From contig CAWAHR010000001.1 in the NCBI GenBank assembly GCA_963781995.1, positions 761,744 through 825,743 on the forward strand: DNA of 64,000 nucleotides, read 5' to 3'. Below are positions 1 through 9,586 of the stretch, one piece after another; position 1 is the stretch's first letter, and every line of letters starts with the position of its first letter. The DNA comes from an uncultured Acidobacteriota bacterium (GTDB lineage: Bacteria; Acidobacteriota; Terriglobia; Acidiferrales; UBA7541). The notes under the pieces are model-generated. The model was not told where the DNA came from. It ran no database searches and was given only the letters and a program-made list of their open reading frames with translations. A program made the position numbers and the translations under genes.

Positions 1-882
1 CGCCACTCGCTGCGCCGCGAAGCCAGCAAGCGCTGGGGCGTGGCCGAAATCGCCGCGCGCCTGAATCCCACTCCCCTGGCGGCGGCAGCAACAGCAATGG
101 CCTCCTCGCCGTCGATGGCGACTGTCTCGCCGCTCAGCGTTCCGCTTTCCGCCGAGCCCGCGGTCCCGCTCTCGAAATTACCCGCCGCTGAGGAAAGTCC
201 CCTGCGCCGGGAACCGCCGCCTGCGAAACGCCACAACGCTTCTCTGTTCGACTACACCGTTCCCGTGCTCTTGGGCGCCGCGGTGATTGCCGGACTCATT
301 TTCGCCGCTCCCAAGCTCCGCAACTTTCACAGTCAGCCGGTTTCCTCGGCCAACTCCATAACCACGCAGAAATCCGCTTCCGCTAAACCAGCCGAAACTC
401 CCGAACCCCAGGCATCCACCGCAATCCCTGCCAGGCCACCCGAAAAAATTGCCGCCAGTGAACCACCGAACAAATTGTCGGAGCGTCCGGCCGAGGCTCC
501 CACGCCGGCTCCAGCCCCCGCCGTATTGCGGGATGATTCAAGAACTTCTCCGCGCGCAAAAACGGTTGAAGACTCCGTTGGTCGTGGCGAAATTTTGGAA
601 CAGGTCCTTCCCCACGTTTCGCCGAAAGCGCAGGCCACCATTCAGGGCACCATTCGGGTCCGCGTGAAAGTCCAGGTAGACCCCTCAGGCAACGTCTCCA
701 ACGCGGAGTTGGACAACCCCGGGCCCAGCAAATACTTCTCGGAGCTAGCCGAAAAGGCCGCCCGCCAATGGCAATTCGCCGGTGCCGAAGCCGATGGCCA
801 CGGCATTCCCAGCGAGTGGCTAATCCGCTTTGAATTCTCCCGGTCCGGCGTCCACGCGGCCGCGCAACAATCCGCACCATAG
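1..882 (+). CDS. 5'-truncated protein ending in a TM helix, Pro/Ala-rich linker and TonB C-terminal domain; possibly a Ser/Thr kinase-TonB fusion
   Basis: Frame 1 is open from base 1 (RHSLRREASKRWGVAEIAARL, resembling the end of a kinase domain). TM segment YTVPVLLGAAVIAGLIF. C-terminus IQGTIRVRVKVQVDPSGNVSNA...AARQWQF is TonB_C-like. Confidence 0.6.
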   Translation, partial: RHSLRREASKRWGVAEIAARLNPTPLAAAATAMASSPSMATVSPLSVPLSAEPAVPLSKLPAAEESPLRREPPPAKRHNASLFDYTVPVLLGAAVIAGLIFAAPKLRNFHSQPVSSANSITTQKSASAKPAETPEPQASTAIPARPPEKIAASEPPNKLSERPAEAPTPAPAPAVLRDDSRTSPRAKTVEDSVGRGEILEQVLPHVSPKAQATIQGTIRVRVKVQVDPSGNVSNAELDNPGPSKYFSELAEKAARQWQFAGAEADGHGIPSEWLIRFEFSRSGVHAAAQQSAP

Positions 883-950
883 AAAATCAGCGAGAGTCAT
901 TCCAGCGCGCATTGCCGCCGGCCCGCGATTTTCGCGCCATCCCTCGGAGT

Positions 951-1958
951 TCAATAGGAATTGTGGTCCTCGAAGTGCGCCACCGATCCGTGCGCGCCCA
1001 CGCCATAGCCCTTGCCGTTGATGAACACCAGCGCATTAAGACCTGCGGAATCGATATGCTGCCACTTTGTTCCGTCGCGGCTGATCTCCGAACCATTTGG
1101 CCCCACGGTCACAAAACCCGCGTCATAGGTGTCTACCCCCGAACGGAATCCGGTCGGGCGCTCCTGCTCCGCGGGCATGCTCCACGATTTACCTTCATCT
1201 GCCGAGTAGGCCTCGTTGTTCGACCGGTTCTCCGGATCCGCGTAATCGCCGCCCACTACCACGATCACATCGCCCGCTCGCGCGATGGAGAAAATACCCT
1301 GCGATGCTTTCGCGTGCACCATCGGCGTCTCCGAGACGTTCCACGTCTTGCCCAGGTCTGGCGAATGAAAAACGCGCGCGGCGCCGCCTCCCGTGCAGAA
1401 ATAGAGTTCGCGATCCCGGTAGATCAATAGCGCTGAGTTGCTTGCGGCGAACGCGCCCTCATTCGCAAGCGCCTCGGGCATGTGGTCGCGTGGCAATTCT
1501 TTCCAGTGTCGGCCGTCTTCGGTTGCCAGCAGCAGGAATTTTCCGCCAACCGGATCGCTCAGTGCAAAGCAATGCGTGGCGTCCCGGCAGGCCAGTGCAT
1601 CGAGGAAAAAGGCATGATCTTTTCCGGTGTACTGCGGAACCCAGGTGTGGCCCTCATCCGACGTTTTGTAGATCCGCGATTTTCCGCCTTCGCCGCTGGA
1701 CATCACGTAAGCCACGCCCGCGCCGAATGCCTGCACGCCCCGGAAATCGAGCGCGTCGCCGTCAGGAATCGCGATTTTCTTCCAGGAAGCGCCCGCGTCC
1801 GCGGAAAGAAGGACCGTGCCCTTCGAGCCTGTCGCCCATATCGTGGTTGGCGCCACCACGGAAACTCCGCGAAGGTTGGCGTCCGCACCACTCTGTTGAA
1901 CAATCCACCAGGAATCGCCGGGAAACACCAGCACAACAACCAGAATAAGGAAGCGCAT
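951..1958 (-). CDS. Secreted BNR/Asp-box beta-propeller protein (YCF48/sialidase-like)
   Basis: Signal peptide; repeated SxDxGxTW boxes (SADAGASW, TSDEGHTW, SPDLGKTW, SADEGKSW). Confidence 0.8.
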   Translation of the reverse strand: MRFLILVVVLVFPGDSWWIVQQSGADANLRGVSVVAPTTIWATGSKGTVLLSADAGASWKKIAIPDGDALDFRGVQAFGAGVAYVMSSGEGGKSRIYKTSDEGHTWVPQYTGKDHAFFLDALACRDATHCFALSDPVGGKFLLLATEDGRHWKELPRDHMPEALANEGAFAASNSALLIYRDRELYFCTGGGAARVFHSPDLGKTWNVSETPMVHAKASQGIFSIARAGDVIVVVGGDYADPENRSNNEAYSADEGKSWSMPAEQERPTGFRSGVDTYDAGFVTVGPNGSEISRDGTKWQHIDSAGLNALVFINGKGYGVGAHGSVAHFEDHNSY

Positions 1959-2035
1959 ACCCTGAAAGTCTAGCAGGTCGCGGCAATATCTCGAGAAGAC
2001 ACCGAATGGCGAAGCTTACCTTTGCAGGAGGAGTT

Positions 2036-2446
2036 CTACTTTTTACCTGGAGTGAACGAGTTCGTCGAGAGTATGGTGCGTGCCTCGGGATGTTTGGGCG
2101 ACCAGTCTTCCGGGGGGAACGCCACTCGCCAAAAACTTGGACGCGCGGCGGAAAATTCCAGCCCCACTTCCGCTTTGCCGGCGCGCACCGGCCCCAGGAA
2201 CGCCACGTGGCACTCCTGCTCCTCTTTCGTCAGGTTGTGCTGCAAGTGGATCTTGCTGCCGCTGGTGATGCGCGATTGCAGCAGCACCAGCGCGCCATGC
2301 GCATTGATCGCCAGCGTCGCGGTTTCTTCCTCGAACGCCTTGCCCTGCGCGTCGTTCCCGCGAATGCGCACGGCAACCTGCATCAACACCCGCTGGCTGC
2401 GGCGGCGCGGAGTTCCATTGGGAGGATTGTTCGGCGACTTACCCAT
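2036..2446 (-). CDS. PilZ domain protein
   Basis: RRRSQR (RxxxR) and INAHGALV (D/NxSxxG-like) motifs; C-terminal EVGLEF. Confidence 0.8.
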   Translation of the reverse strand: MGKSPNNPPNGTPRRRSQRVLMQVAVRIRGNDAQGKAFEEETATLAINAHGALVLLQSRITSGSKIHLQHNLTKEEQECHVAFLGPVRAGKAEVGLEFSAARPSFWRVAFPPEDWSPKHPEARTILSTNSFTPGKK

Positions 2447-2609
2447 AAGACCTCGTCTGCTCGACTATACCGCGCAGGCCCGGAAAGTCGAGCGCCACGC
2501 CAACCGTGCGTATGCAAAAAGGATACTCAAGGAAGCGGAGAGTTGCTTGGTAATCTCTTAACAGGTGCCTCATGTATCCGCAGGAAGTCCGGGCTTTCCG
2601 GGGCAATAT

Positions 2610-3950
2610 CTAGGCGCGCTGATCCATCGGCAAATAACTCCGTGTGTCATATCCCAGATAAATCTGCCGGGGACGCGCGATCTTCTGTTCCGCATCCAGC
2701 AGCAGCTCTTCCCATTGCGCGATCCATCCCGACATCCGCGGAATCGCGAACAGCACCGGGAACATCGTTGTTGGGAAGCCCATCGACTGGTAAATCAGTC
2801 CGGTGTAAAAGTCCACGTTCGGATACAGTTTCCGCTTCACGAAATACTCGTCCTCCAGGGCGATGCGCTCGCACTCCAGCGCGATCTCCAGCAGCGGATT
2901 CTTGCCCATCAGGTCAAACACTTCATACGCCACGCGCTTAATGATCCGCGCGCGCGGGTCGTAATTCTTGTATACGCGATGCCCAAAGCCCATCAGCTTC
3001 GTTTCGCCCGCCTTCACCCGCTTGATGAACTCCGGCACCTTCTGTACCGAACCGATTTCATGCAGCATGCGGACCACTTCTTCGTTGGCCCCGCCGTGCA
3101 GCGGCCCATACAGCGCCGCAATCGCCGCCGCGGTCGCTGAATAGGGATCCACGTGCGAGCTGCCCACGCCCCGCACCGTGTTCGTCGAACAGTTCTGCTC
3201 GTGATCGGCGTGCAGGATAAACAGAATATCCAGCGCTCGCTCCAGCGTCGGATTCGGCCGGTAACGCGTCTCGCTGGTGCGGAACAACATGTTCAGGAAA
3301 TTCCCGGGATAGCTCAGGTCGTTGTCCGGATAAACATACGGCATCCCCAGCGTGTGCCGATAAGAGAACGCCGCGATTGTGGGCATCTTCCCGATCAGCC
3401 GGTAAGTCTGCTTTTTTCGCGAACCTTCGTTGAAGATGTCTTTCGCGTCGTTATAAAAGGTCGATAGCGCCGCAATCGTGGAGATGACCATGCCCATAGG
3501 GTGCGCATCGTAGTGGAAGCCATCCAGGAATTTCTTGATGCTTTCGTGAATGAACGTATGATGCGTCACGTTGTACTGCCAATCCTTCAATTGCGCCGCC
3601 GTCGGCAACTCCCCGCGCAATAGCAGGTAAGCCGTCTCCAGATACGTCGATTTTTCCGCCAACTCTTCGATCGAATAACCCCGGTAGCGCAGAATCCCTT
3701 TGTCCCCGTCGATGTACGTGATCCGGCTAATGCACGAAGCCGTGTTGTTGTACGCCGGGTCGTAACCCATCATCCCAAAATCTTCCGGATGAACCTTGAT
3801 CTGCCGGAGATCCATGGTCTTGATGGTGTCGTGGGTGATCGGCAGCTCGTACGACTTTCCTGTGCGGTTGTCGGTTATGGTTATCGTGTCGCGGCGAGTT
3901 GCCCCGCCATCGGATAATTTGCTTTGCGTTGTCGGAAGTGCCGAGTCCAT
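2610..3950 (-). CDS. gltA: Citrate synthase
   Basis: LHADHEQNCST, GPLHGGANE, MGFGHRVYKNYDPRA and YPNVDFY motifs; start placed at MDSALP (ORF extends to 3980). Confidence 0.95.
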   Translation of the reverse strand: MDSALPTTQSKLSDGGATRRDTITITDNRTGKSYELPITHDTIKTMDLRQIKVHPEDFGMMGYDPAYNNTASCISRITYIDGDKGILRYRGYSIEELAEKSTYLETAYLLLRGELPTAAQLKDWQYNVTHHTFIHESIKKFLDGFHYDAHPMGMVISTIAALSTFYNDAKDIFNEGSRKKQTYRLIGKMPTIAAFSYRHTLGMPYVYPDNDLSYPGNFLNMLFRTSETRYRPNPTLERALDILFILHADHEQNCSTNTVRGVGSSHVDPYSATAAAIAALYGPLHGGANEEVVRMLHEIGSVQKVPEFIKRVKAGETKLMGFGHRVYKNYDPRARIIKRVAYEVFDLMGKNPLLEIALECERIALEDEYFVKRKLYPNVDFYTGLIYQSMGFPTTMFPVLFAIPRMSGWIAQWEELLLDAEQKIARPRQIYLGYDTRSYLPMDQRA

Positions 3951-4142
3951 GCGGATATCCTCACCGGGAGCGGCGCACAATCCGCCGCATTCACTAACAC
4001 TTTACACCAAAGCAGGAACCCGTGGAAATGGAGCGGTACTCCGCCGGCCCGGCTGCCAAGAGCCACGGCGGCCCGGCAAAAGTGCGCAAGGGACTGAAGG
4101 GAAAGGAAATAGCCGCCAGTGGACGTGTTACGGACTAACCTC

Positions 4143-4171
4143 TTGACAATAGTCGTTATAACATATATTAT
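4143..4171 (+). promoter_or_regulatory. Sigma70 promoter of the pirin gene with a palindromic site in the spacer
   Basis: TTGACA (4143-4148), 17 nt spacer, TATTAT (4166-4171); GTTATAAC palindrome at 4155-4162. Confidence 0.75.
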
Positions 4172-4197
4172 CACCCTGCAAGTCAAGGAGGCAGGCC

Positions 4198-4896
4198 ATG
4201 ATTCTCATCCGTAAAAGCGACGACCGCGGGCACGCTAACCACGGCTGGTTGGATTCCCGCTTCACCTTTTCCTTTGCGGAGTACTTCGACCCGCAGCACC
4301 TCGAGTTCCGCACCCTGCGCGTGATGAACGACGATCGCATCGCCGGCGGCGGCGGTTTTCCCACTCACCCGCATCGCGATATGGAAATCGTCACCTACGT
4401 GCTCGACGGCGCCCTGGCCCATGAAGACAGCATGGGCAACGGCTCGGTTATCAAGCCGGGCGACGTGCAGTACATGAGCGCGGGCACCGGCGTGGCGCAC
4501 AGCGAATTCAATGCGTCCGATAAGATTCCAGTGCACATGTACCAGATCTGGATGTACCCGGACAAACAAGGGCACAAGCCAGCGTACGACCAGAAGCATT
4601 TCGACGCAGCGGAGAAGCGCGGAAAGCTGCGGCTGGTGGCTTCGCCCGACGGCAGGGAGGGCTCCGTGAAGATTCGCCAGGACAACGAACTCTACGCCAC
4701 GGTGCTGGCTCCCGGAGAAACGGTGAAGCATGCGTTGCAACCGGAGCGCCATGCCTACGTGCAGGTCGCTCGCGGCAGCGTGACGCTCAACGGCAGCAAG
4801 CTCAGCACTGGCGACGGCGCGGCCATCTCGCAGGAAAAGGCCGTCGAACTAACCGGCGTCGAAGACGCCGAAGTCCTGCTCTTCGACCTCGCGTAA
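4198..4896 (+). CDS. Pirin family protein (YhhW-like)
   Basis: GFPTHPHRDMEIVTYVL and HEDSMGN motifs, MSAGTGVAHSEFN; GGAGG RBS upstream. Confidence 0.93.
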   Translation: MILIRKSDDRGHANHGWLDSRFTFSFAEYFDPQHLEFRTLRVMNDDRIAGGGGFPTHPHRDMEIVTYVLDGALAHEDSMGNGSVIKPGDVQYMSAGTGVAHSEFNASDKIPVHMYQIWMYPDKQGHKPAYDQKHFDAAEKRGKLRLVASPDGREGSVKIRQDNELYATVLAPGETVKHALQPERHAYVQVARGSVTLNGSKLSTGDGAAISQEKAVELTGVEDAEVLLFDLA

Positions 4897-4948
4897 GGAA
4901 AGCGTCGCGATAACTCGCCGGACTGCGGGCTCTAAACAACAATCAGTA

Positions 4949-4984
4949 ACAGAAGAAGGTGGAAGCGATTCCGCCTTCTTCTGC
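4949..4984. terminator. Bidirectional intrinsic terminator between convergent genes
   Basis: cagaagaaggtggaa-gcga-ttccgccttcttctg hairpin (one G-T pair). Confidence 0.7.
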
Positions 4985-5025
4985 TTTGCTGCTTCATGAA
5001 ACTTTTAGCGCTTGTTCTTCGTCTT

Positions 5026-5065
5026 CCGCTAACCGCTAACCGCTAACCGCTAACCGCTAACCGCT
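5026..5065 (+). repeat. Tandem heptamer (CCGCTAA)5 plus CCGCT
   Basis: Read directly: ccgctaa x5 then ccgct. Confidence 0.95.
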
Positions 5066-5079
5066 TGCCGCGGTCCTTC

Positions 5080-5631
5080 CTACGCTGTTTTCGGTTTGGA
5101 AAACGTGGGAATGGAAGCGACCACGCCGAGGACGATCGCCACGCCGAGCGCAATCAGCGCTGACGCAAAGCCCTCCGGCTTGACGGTCATCAAATAAACG
5201 ATGCCCAGCGCCAGCAACACCCGCACGCGGATGAGCGTGGGCAACGCCGGCGCGTGCAAAAGATCGGTGGCATTCACCGGGAGGGCGCCGTTGCCTTCGG
5301 GCAGGGCGGCGCGGAGGGCCCGGACGTGCGGCAGGATGAGCAAGAAGCCGATGCCAAGCGCGAGAACAATCGCCAGCGTCGAAACCAACAGCCAGCCTTG
5401 CTTCATTCCGCCGGAAAGTTCGGCCAGGTAGCCTCCGCTGAGGATCAGGAGCAGCAGGCCCGGGCCAGAAATGGGCAGCGACGTCTGGTAGACCCGCAGC
5501 CACGCGCGCACCTGCTCGGTGGTGGTGGCGCGACGCAGGAGAGACGAAACGATCCACTCCAGGCCGTAGCCGACAAAGAGCGCCACCAGTCCCACGAAAT
5601 GAAAGAACAGCGCCAGCGTGTAGTTGCTCAT
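5080..5631 (-). CDS. Multi-pass membrane protein (DUF2269-like)
   Basis: Four to five hydrophobic segments, N-terminal LFFHFVG, C-terminal YLMTVKP. Confidence 0.65.
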   Translation of the reverse strand: MSNYTLALFFHFVGLVALFVGYGLEWIVSSLLRRATTTEQVRAWLRVYQTSLPISGPGLLLLILSGGYLAELSGGMKQGWLLVSTLAIVLALGIGFLLILPHVRALRAALPEGNGALPVNATDLLHAPALPTLIRVRVLLALGIVYLMTVKPEGFASALIALGVAIVLGVVASIPTFSKPKTA

Positions 5632-5655
5632 AAGCAGTTCAGTGTACCGGACTCC

Positions 5656-6819
5656 TCATCCCCGCGCGCGGTGAAACTCCTTCATGAAATGGGTGAGCGC
5701 TTCGACGGCGTCCAAACCCACCGCGTTGTATAGCGAGATGCGCATGCCTCCCACCGAGCGGTGCCCCGGCGTACCGACCAGATTCGCGGCGGCCGCCTGT
5801 TTGGCGAAGTCTTTTTCCAAATTTTCGTCACCGATTTGGCTGGAGCTGCCACCTACGCGAAACACCACATTCATCAGCGACCGCGAAGCCTGCTCCACCG
5901 GGCAGGTGTAAAAACCACCGCTCGCTTCGATCGTGTCGTACAGCAGCTTGGCTTTTGCTTCGTTGCGCTTCTGGATTCCGGCCAGGCCGCCTTCGCTGGC
6001 GATCCATTCGGTGACCAGGCCCAGCGTATAAACCGCGAACGTTGGCGGCGTGTGGTATAGCGACTTTTCCTTGATGTGGGTGCGGTATTGCAGCACCGTG
6101 GGCAAATTCTTGTCGGCGCGTTCGGCCAGGTCCTTGCGCACGATCACCAGCGTGACCCCGCTGGGCCCTAGATTTTTCTGCGCTCCGGCGAAAATCAGCC
6201 CGAATTTGGAAACATCCATCGGGCGCGAAGCAATGTCCGAAGACATGTCCGCCACCAGTGGCGCGGCGGAGGCGGGCAGCGCGTGATACTGCGTGCCCTC
6301 AATGGTATTGTTGGTGCAGAAATAGGTGTACGAAGCGTCGGGGGAAAGCTTGATCTCTTCGGCGCGCGGCACCCGCGTGAATTTGGCGGCTTCGGTGGAC
6401 GCGGCAATGTTGTGCCCCGTGAGATTCGGAATGCCGCCCTTTTTCAATTCGGAGATGGCCTTCGCGGTCCAAGCGCCGGTGTGCAGCACGTCCACCGGCT
6501 TTCCAGGCAGCGCCAGGTTCATCGGCACCATGGTGAACTGCATGCTGCCGCCCCCCTGCACGAAAATCACCGCATAGTCGTCGGGAATCGCCAGCAGCTT
6601 GCGCAGATTCTGCTCGGCGGCGTTGTTGATGGCTTCAAACTCCGGCGAGCGGTGCGAAAGTTCCATCACGGACATCCCCGTGCCGCGGTAATCCAGCAGC
6701 TCTTCGCGGATGCGCTCCAGCACGGAAAGCGGCAAGGCAGCGGGTCCGGCATTGAAATTGAAAGCGCGCTTGGCAGTGGTGTTTGGAGCCAAAGGGACGT
6801 TTCTGACAGAAGTGCTCAC
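5656..6819 (-). CDS. serC: Phosphoserine aminotransferase
   Basis: FNFNAGPAALP, ELSHRSPEF, QGGGSMQF, GAQKNLGPSG (PLP lysine), GHRSVGGMRISLYNA. Confidence 0.95.
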   Translation of the reverse strand: MSTSVRNVPLAPNTTAKRAFNFNAGPAALPLSVLERIREELLDYRGTGMSVMELSHRSPEFEAINNAAEQNLRKLLAIPDDYAVIFVQGGGSMQFTMVPMNLALPGKPVDVLHTGAWTAKAISELKKGGIPNLTGHNIAASTEAAKFTRVPRAEEIKLSPDASYTYFCTNNTIEGTQYHALPASAAPLVADMSSDIASRPMDVSKFGLIFAGAQKNLGPSGVTLVIVRKDLAERADKNLPTVLQYRTHIKEKSLYHTPPTFAVYTLGLVTEWIASEGGLAGIQKRNEAKAKLLYDTIEASGGFYTCPVEQASRSLMNVVFRVGGSSSQIGDENLEKDFAKQAAAANLVGTPGHRSVGGMRISLYNAVGLDAVEALTHFMKEFHRARG

Positions 6820-6929
6820 GATGGAAAACCTTTCGATGCGAAATTTGCGGCGCGCCCGGAGCGGATGACCAAGGAGTGGACCGCTCCATAGAATAGCAGA
6901 AGAGGTGGGTGCTGATTGGTGACTGGTGG

Positions 6930-7510
6930 GGCAGGCACTCTTGCCTGTGTTCTTGTAGCGGCCCCCGATCGGGCCGGGGGTGAATTTGGCTTGTGTAGTG
7001 GCCGAACTTTAGATCGGCGACCGCGGCCTTGAATTGGTCGGACCATAGGGGGTACCCCCGGGTTTTTGCGAAAGAGTGCGCAACGAATAGACAGGGCGGG
7101 AGATAACTGTGATCCAAAAAATGAAAGAGTGCGCAAGTTCCTGAAAACACAGAGAGGCGGAAGGGAAGAATTCGTGGGAAGAGCGAGGTTTTGCAAAATG
7201 CCGGCGCGCCGACATTTCAAGTAAGACTTGAAGGTTGAAGGAAGCGAGACCCCCCACCCCACGGGTATCGCGTGTGTGCGGGAATAATTGGAGTTACAGG
7301 AGGATGGCTCGTAGGTCTGGGAATGAATGAACTTAGTGGAGTGGGCCAACGGGAGGGAGGAGTTGGAGAAGAGCCCTTCGGCAAGCTCAGGGTGGATATC
7401 CTTCGTCGGATATCCGCTGCGGACGGACTCAGGCCCAAGTGTCACACCCTATTATAACACAGGAGTAGTAACGTTGGCACTAGTTAATTAACTGGTACTG
7501 TGTTCGAATG
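6930..7510 (+). repeat. Composite intergenic repeat cluster, left arm of the island
   Basis: GTAG-tagged palindrome gtagtggccgaactttagatcggc (6995-7018); twice-repeated gaaagagtgcgcaa block; cccacccc...gggaataattggagttac module (~7251-7300); 70 bp core at 7441-7510. Related modules occur inverted at 11730-12155. Confidence 0.7.
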
Positions 7511-7632
7511 GCTGGGCGTTTGAAGGGCGGCATGGGACGAAGGCAGTGATCAGCGATCAGGAAACGAGGAAAATCAAGACCCACCCTTACACATCAAGGG
7601 CGGGGCACCCGCAACTCTGCAACTCCAAGGAT

Positions 7633-8100
7633 TCAGGCGGTGGCGGTCCGATAGTTCTGTGGTGAGAGGGCCCAGAAAAGATCCGCCGCCGACGTAAATC
7701 GCAAGATACCGATGGCCCGGTAAAATGCGTCCCAGGTATCACATTTGACCGAGATGAGGAATTTTCCCTCCACCACGCGGTTGTCGGCCCAATCAGCCGG
7801 AACTCCCATGTCTCTTAGAGCGGTGGGTAAGGCGCCCTGACGCGGTTCATTGCCCATGTCCAGAAACCCGCCCGTTCCGTCCAGCGGGAGGTTTGCGGCC
7901 GGACCCGCATCGATTCCGGCGGGAACTTGCATTTTTTTCCGGTGGGCGAATTCTCTTGTGTCTTCATTCTTTGGGTGAAGGACAAAGATGCGGTTGATTG
8001 GGAAGCCATTGCCGGCCAGGGCGTCGAAGGCTTTCTCGACCAACGCTACTGTGTCGTAGATACCGAAGACTGTATTTACATCCGTCGTTATGTAAGTCAT
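7633..8100 (-). CDS. Hypothetical protein resembling general-stress/heat-induced proteins
   Basis: N-terminus MTYITTDVNTVFGIYDTVALVEKAFDAL resembles that family; start set at ATG 8100 because the ORF extension to 8388 runs through heptamer repeats. Confidence 0.55.
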   Translation of the reverse strand: MTYITTDVNTVFGIYDTVALVEKAFDALAGNGFPINRIFVLHPKNEDTREFAHRKKMQVPAGIDAGPAANLPLDGTGGFLDMGNEPRQGALPTALRDMGVPADWADNRVVEGKFLISVKCDTWDAFYRAIGILRFTSAADLFWALSPQNYRTATA

Positions 8101-8697
8101 TTTGAAAACCCAGCCATCCAGGAGCCTTGAGTCTAGGAGGCGGCCTGCAAGGCGTCTATCCCCTTTCGTACACTGCAAAGTTTCAAATTTGGGCGCGTTG
8201 CTTGCTTGCCGTGAGTCCGTCCGAAGGGTCACGCCGGATTGCCGGTCATCCGGGGCACCCGCCGAAATTTGCGGTGCGTCCGGAGCGGGGAAACTGTGGA
8301 GTGGACCGCTCCCTAGAATAACAGAAGAGATGATTGGTGATTGGTGACGGGCGGCCAAAGATTGGTGGCTCGCCACTATGGTTACCAAAAGAATACTGCT
8401 TCCTATGTTACGTCGAAGCGGTAATTGTCCTTGCTAAGTGAGAGGTACTGGTATATTTGAGTTACGCTATCAGCGTACTAAGTACTGCGCCCGGTAGCCG
8501 GAGCTTTCGTGAAACCGCACCGCCTATCGGCGACCAATCGGCTAGTTCATCCCGGCATGAGAACTTTTGCGTTTTTGCCTGTGAGTTCGTGTGAATATCG
8601 GCGAATCTCCACAGTTTTTCCAAACAGTTTTCCTCTCTCAAAAAATGCTTCGTTGCGACCAGTTAAATGGCCGATTAGCATGCCTTATCGAACCGTT

Positions 8698-9570
8698 ATG
8701 GCCAGAAAAACCAAGAATTTGGGGCAAATCGTGCTTTTTCCGGGGGCTCCGGGGGAGGCAAAGGGTGACTCTGCTGAGCTAGTTTCCGGAGCCCTCGTGA
8801 ATAGCGCTGCAACAGCACCAGCTTTTCACTCAATTGAACCTGTTTCCGAACCTGCAGGATACCAGGTGGTGCTGTCAGGCTCCTACAGGAAGGATTTTGA
8901 GTCCCTTAAGGCGACCTACGAAGAATTGCGCGATCTCGGGTGCCAAGTCTTGTCCCCCAGTAACGTAACGGCTGTCCGCGAGACGGACGGCTTTGTATTC
9001 ATGAAAGGCGAAGAACGTGAATTGCCTGATGCTATCGAGGCGCGCCATCTTGAGGCAATTCAGAAGGCAAATTTTGTTTGGTTGCATGCCCCACAGGGCT
9101 ATGTTGGACCGACCGCATCATTGGAGATCGGTTTTGCGCGGGCCGTGGGTGTTCCGGTCTTTGCGAGGGAGCAAGTCAAAGATCCGGTTATTCATTCTTT
9201 CGTGGAAGTTTTGTCTTCGCCTGCTGTTGCCATCGACGCGATTAAGAGCCAAGGTTTTCCTATCCCAAAGCCTGCCCTCGCTGCTTTCCAGAACTATTAT
9301 CGCCGCGTTGCACTGCAGAGAGGCTACAAGTCCGAAAGCCCCAAAGATTGTCTCTTGTTGATGGTCGAAGAGGTCGGTGAGCTTGCTAGGGAAATTCGCA
9401 GGCAGGAGCGTTTAGTACGGCACGGTCCATCTTCTCAATCAAGCGAGAGCCGAGAGCTCGCTGACATATTTCTATATGTGGTTCACATGGCAAATGTGTT
9501 GGACGTAGATTTGTCAAAGATCGTCCAAGAGAAGGAGCTAGTCAATCTACAGAGATTCTTGCGAGGATAA
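8698..9570 (+). CDS. Fusion of a nucleoside 2-deoxyribosyltransferase-like domain and a MazG-like NTP pyrophosphohydrolase
   Basis: N domain: VVLSGSYRKD...HLEAIQKANFVWLHAPQGYVGPTASLEIGFARAVGVPVF (NDT-like, candidate catalytic Glu). C domain: LMVEEVGELA...ELADIFLY (EExxE...ExxD MazG metal motif). Start at ATG 8698 is uncertain; the ORF opens at 8509. Confidence 0.8.
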   Translation: MARKTKNLGQIVLFPGAPGEAKGDSAELVSGALVNSAATAPAFHSIEPVSEPAGYQVVLSGSYRKDFESLKATYEELRDLGCQVLSPSNVTAVRETDGFVFMKGEERELPDAIEARHLEAIQKANFVWLHAPQGYVGPTASLEIGFARAVGVPVFAREQVKDPVIHSFVEVLSSPAVAIDAIKSQGFPIPKPALAAFQNYYRRVALQRGYKSESPKDCLLLMVEEVGELAREIRRQERLVRHGPSSQSSESRELADIFLYVVHMANVLDVDLSKIVQEKELVNLQRFLRG

Positions 9571-9586
9571 GACGCCGCGATCAAAT

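Noticed and set aside
6816-7457. ORFs across the left repeat cluster, and 11780-12325 across the right one
   Set aside because: They translate repeat DNA into low-complexity sequence with no motifs or RBS.
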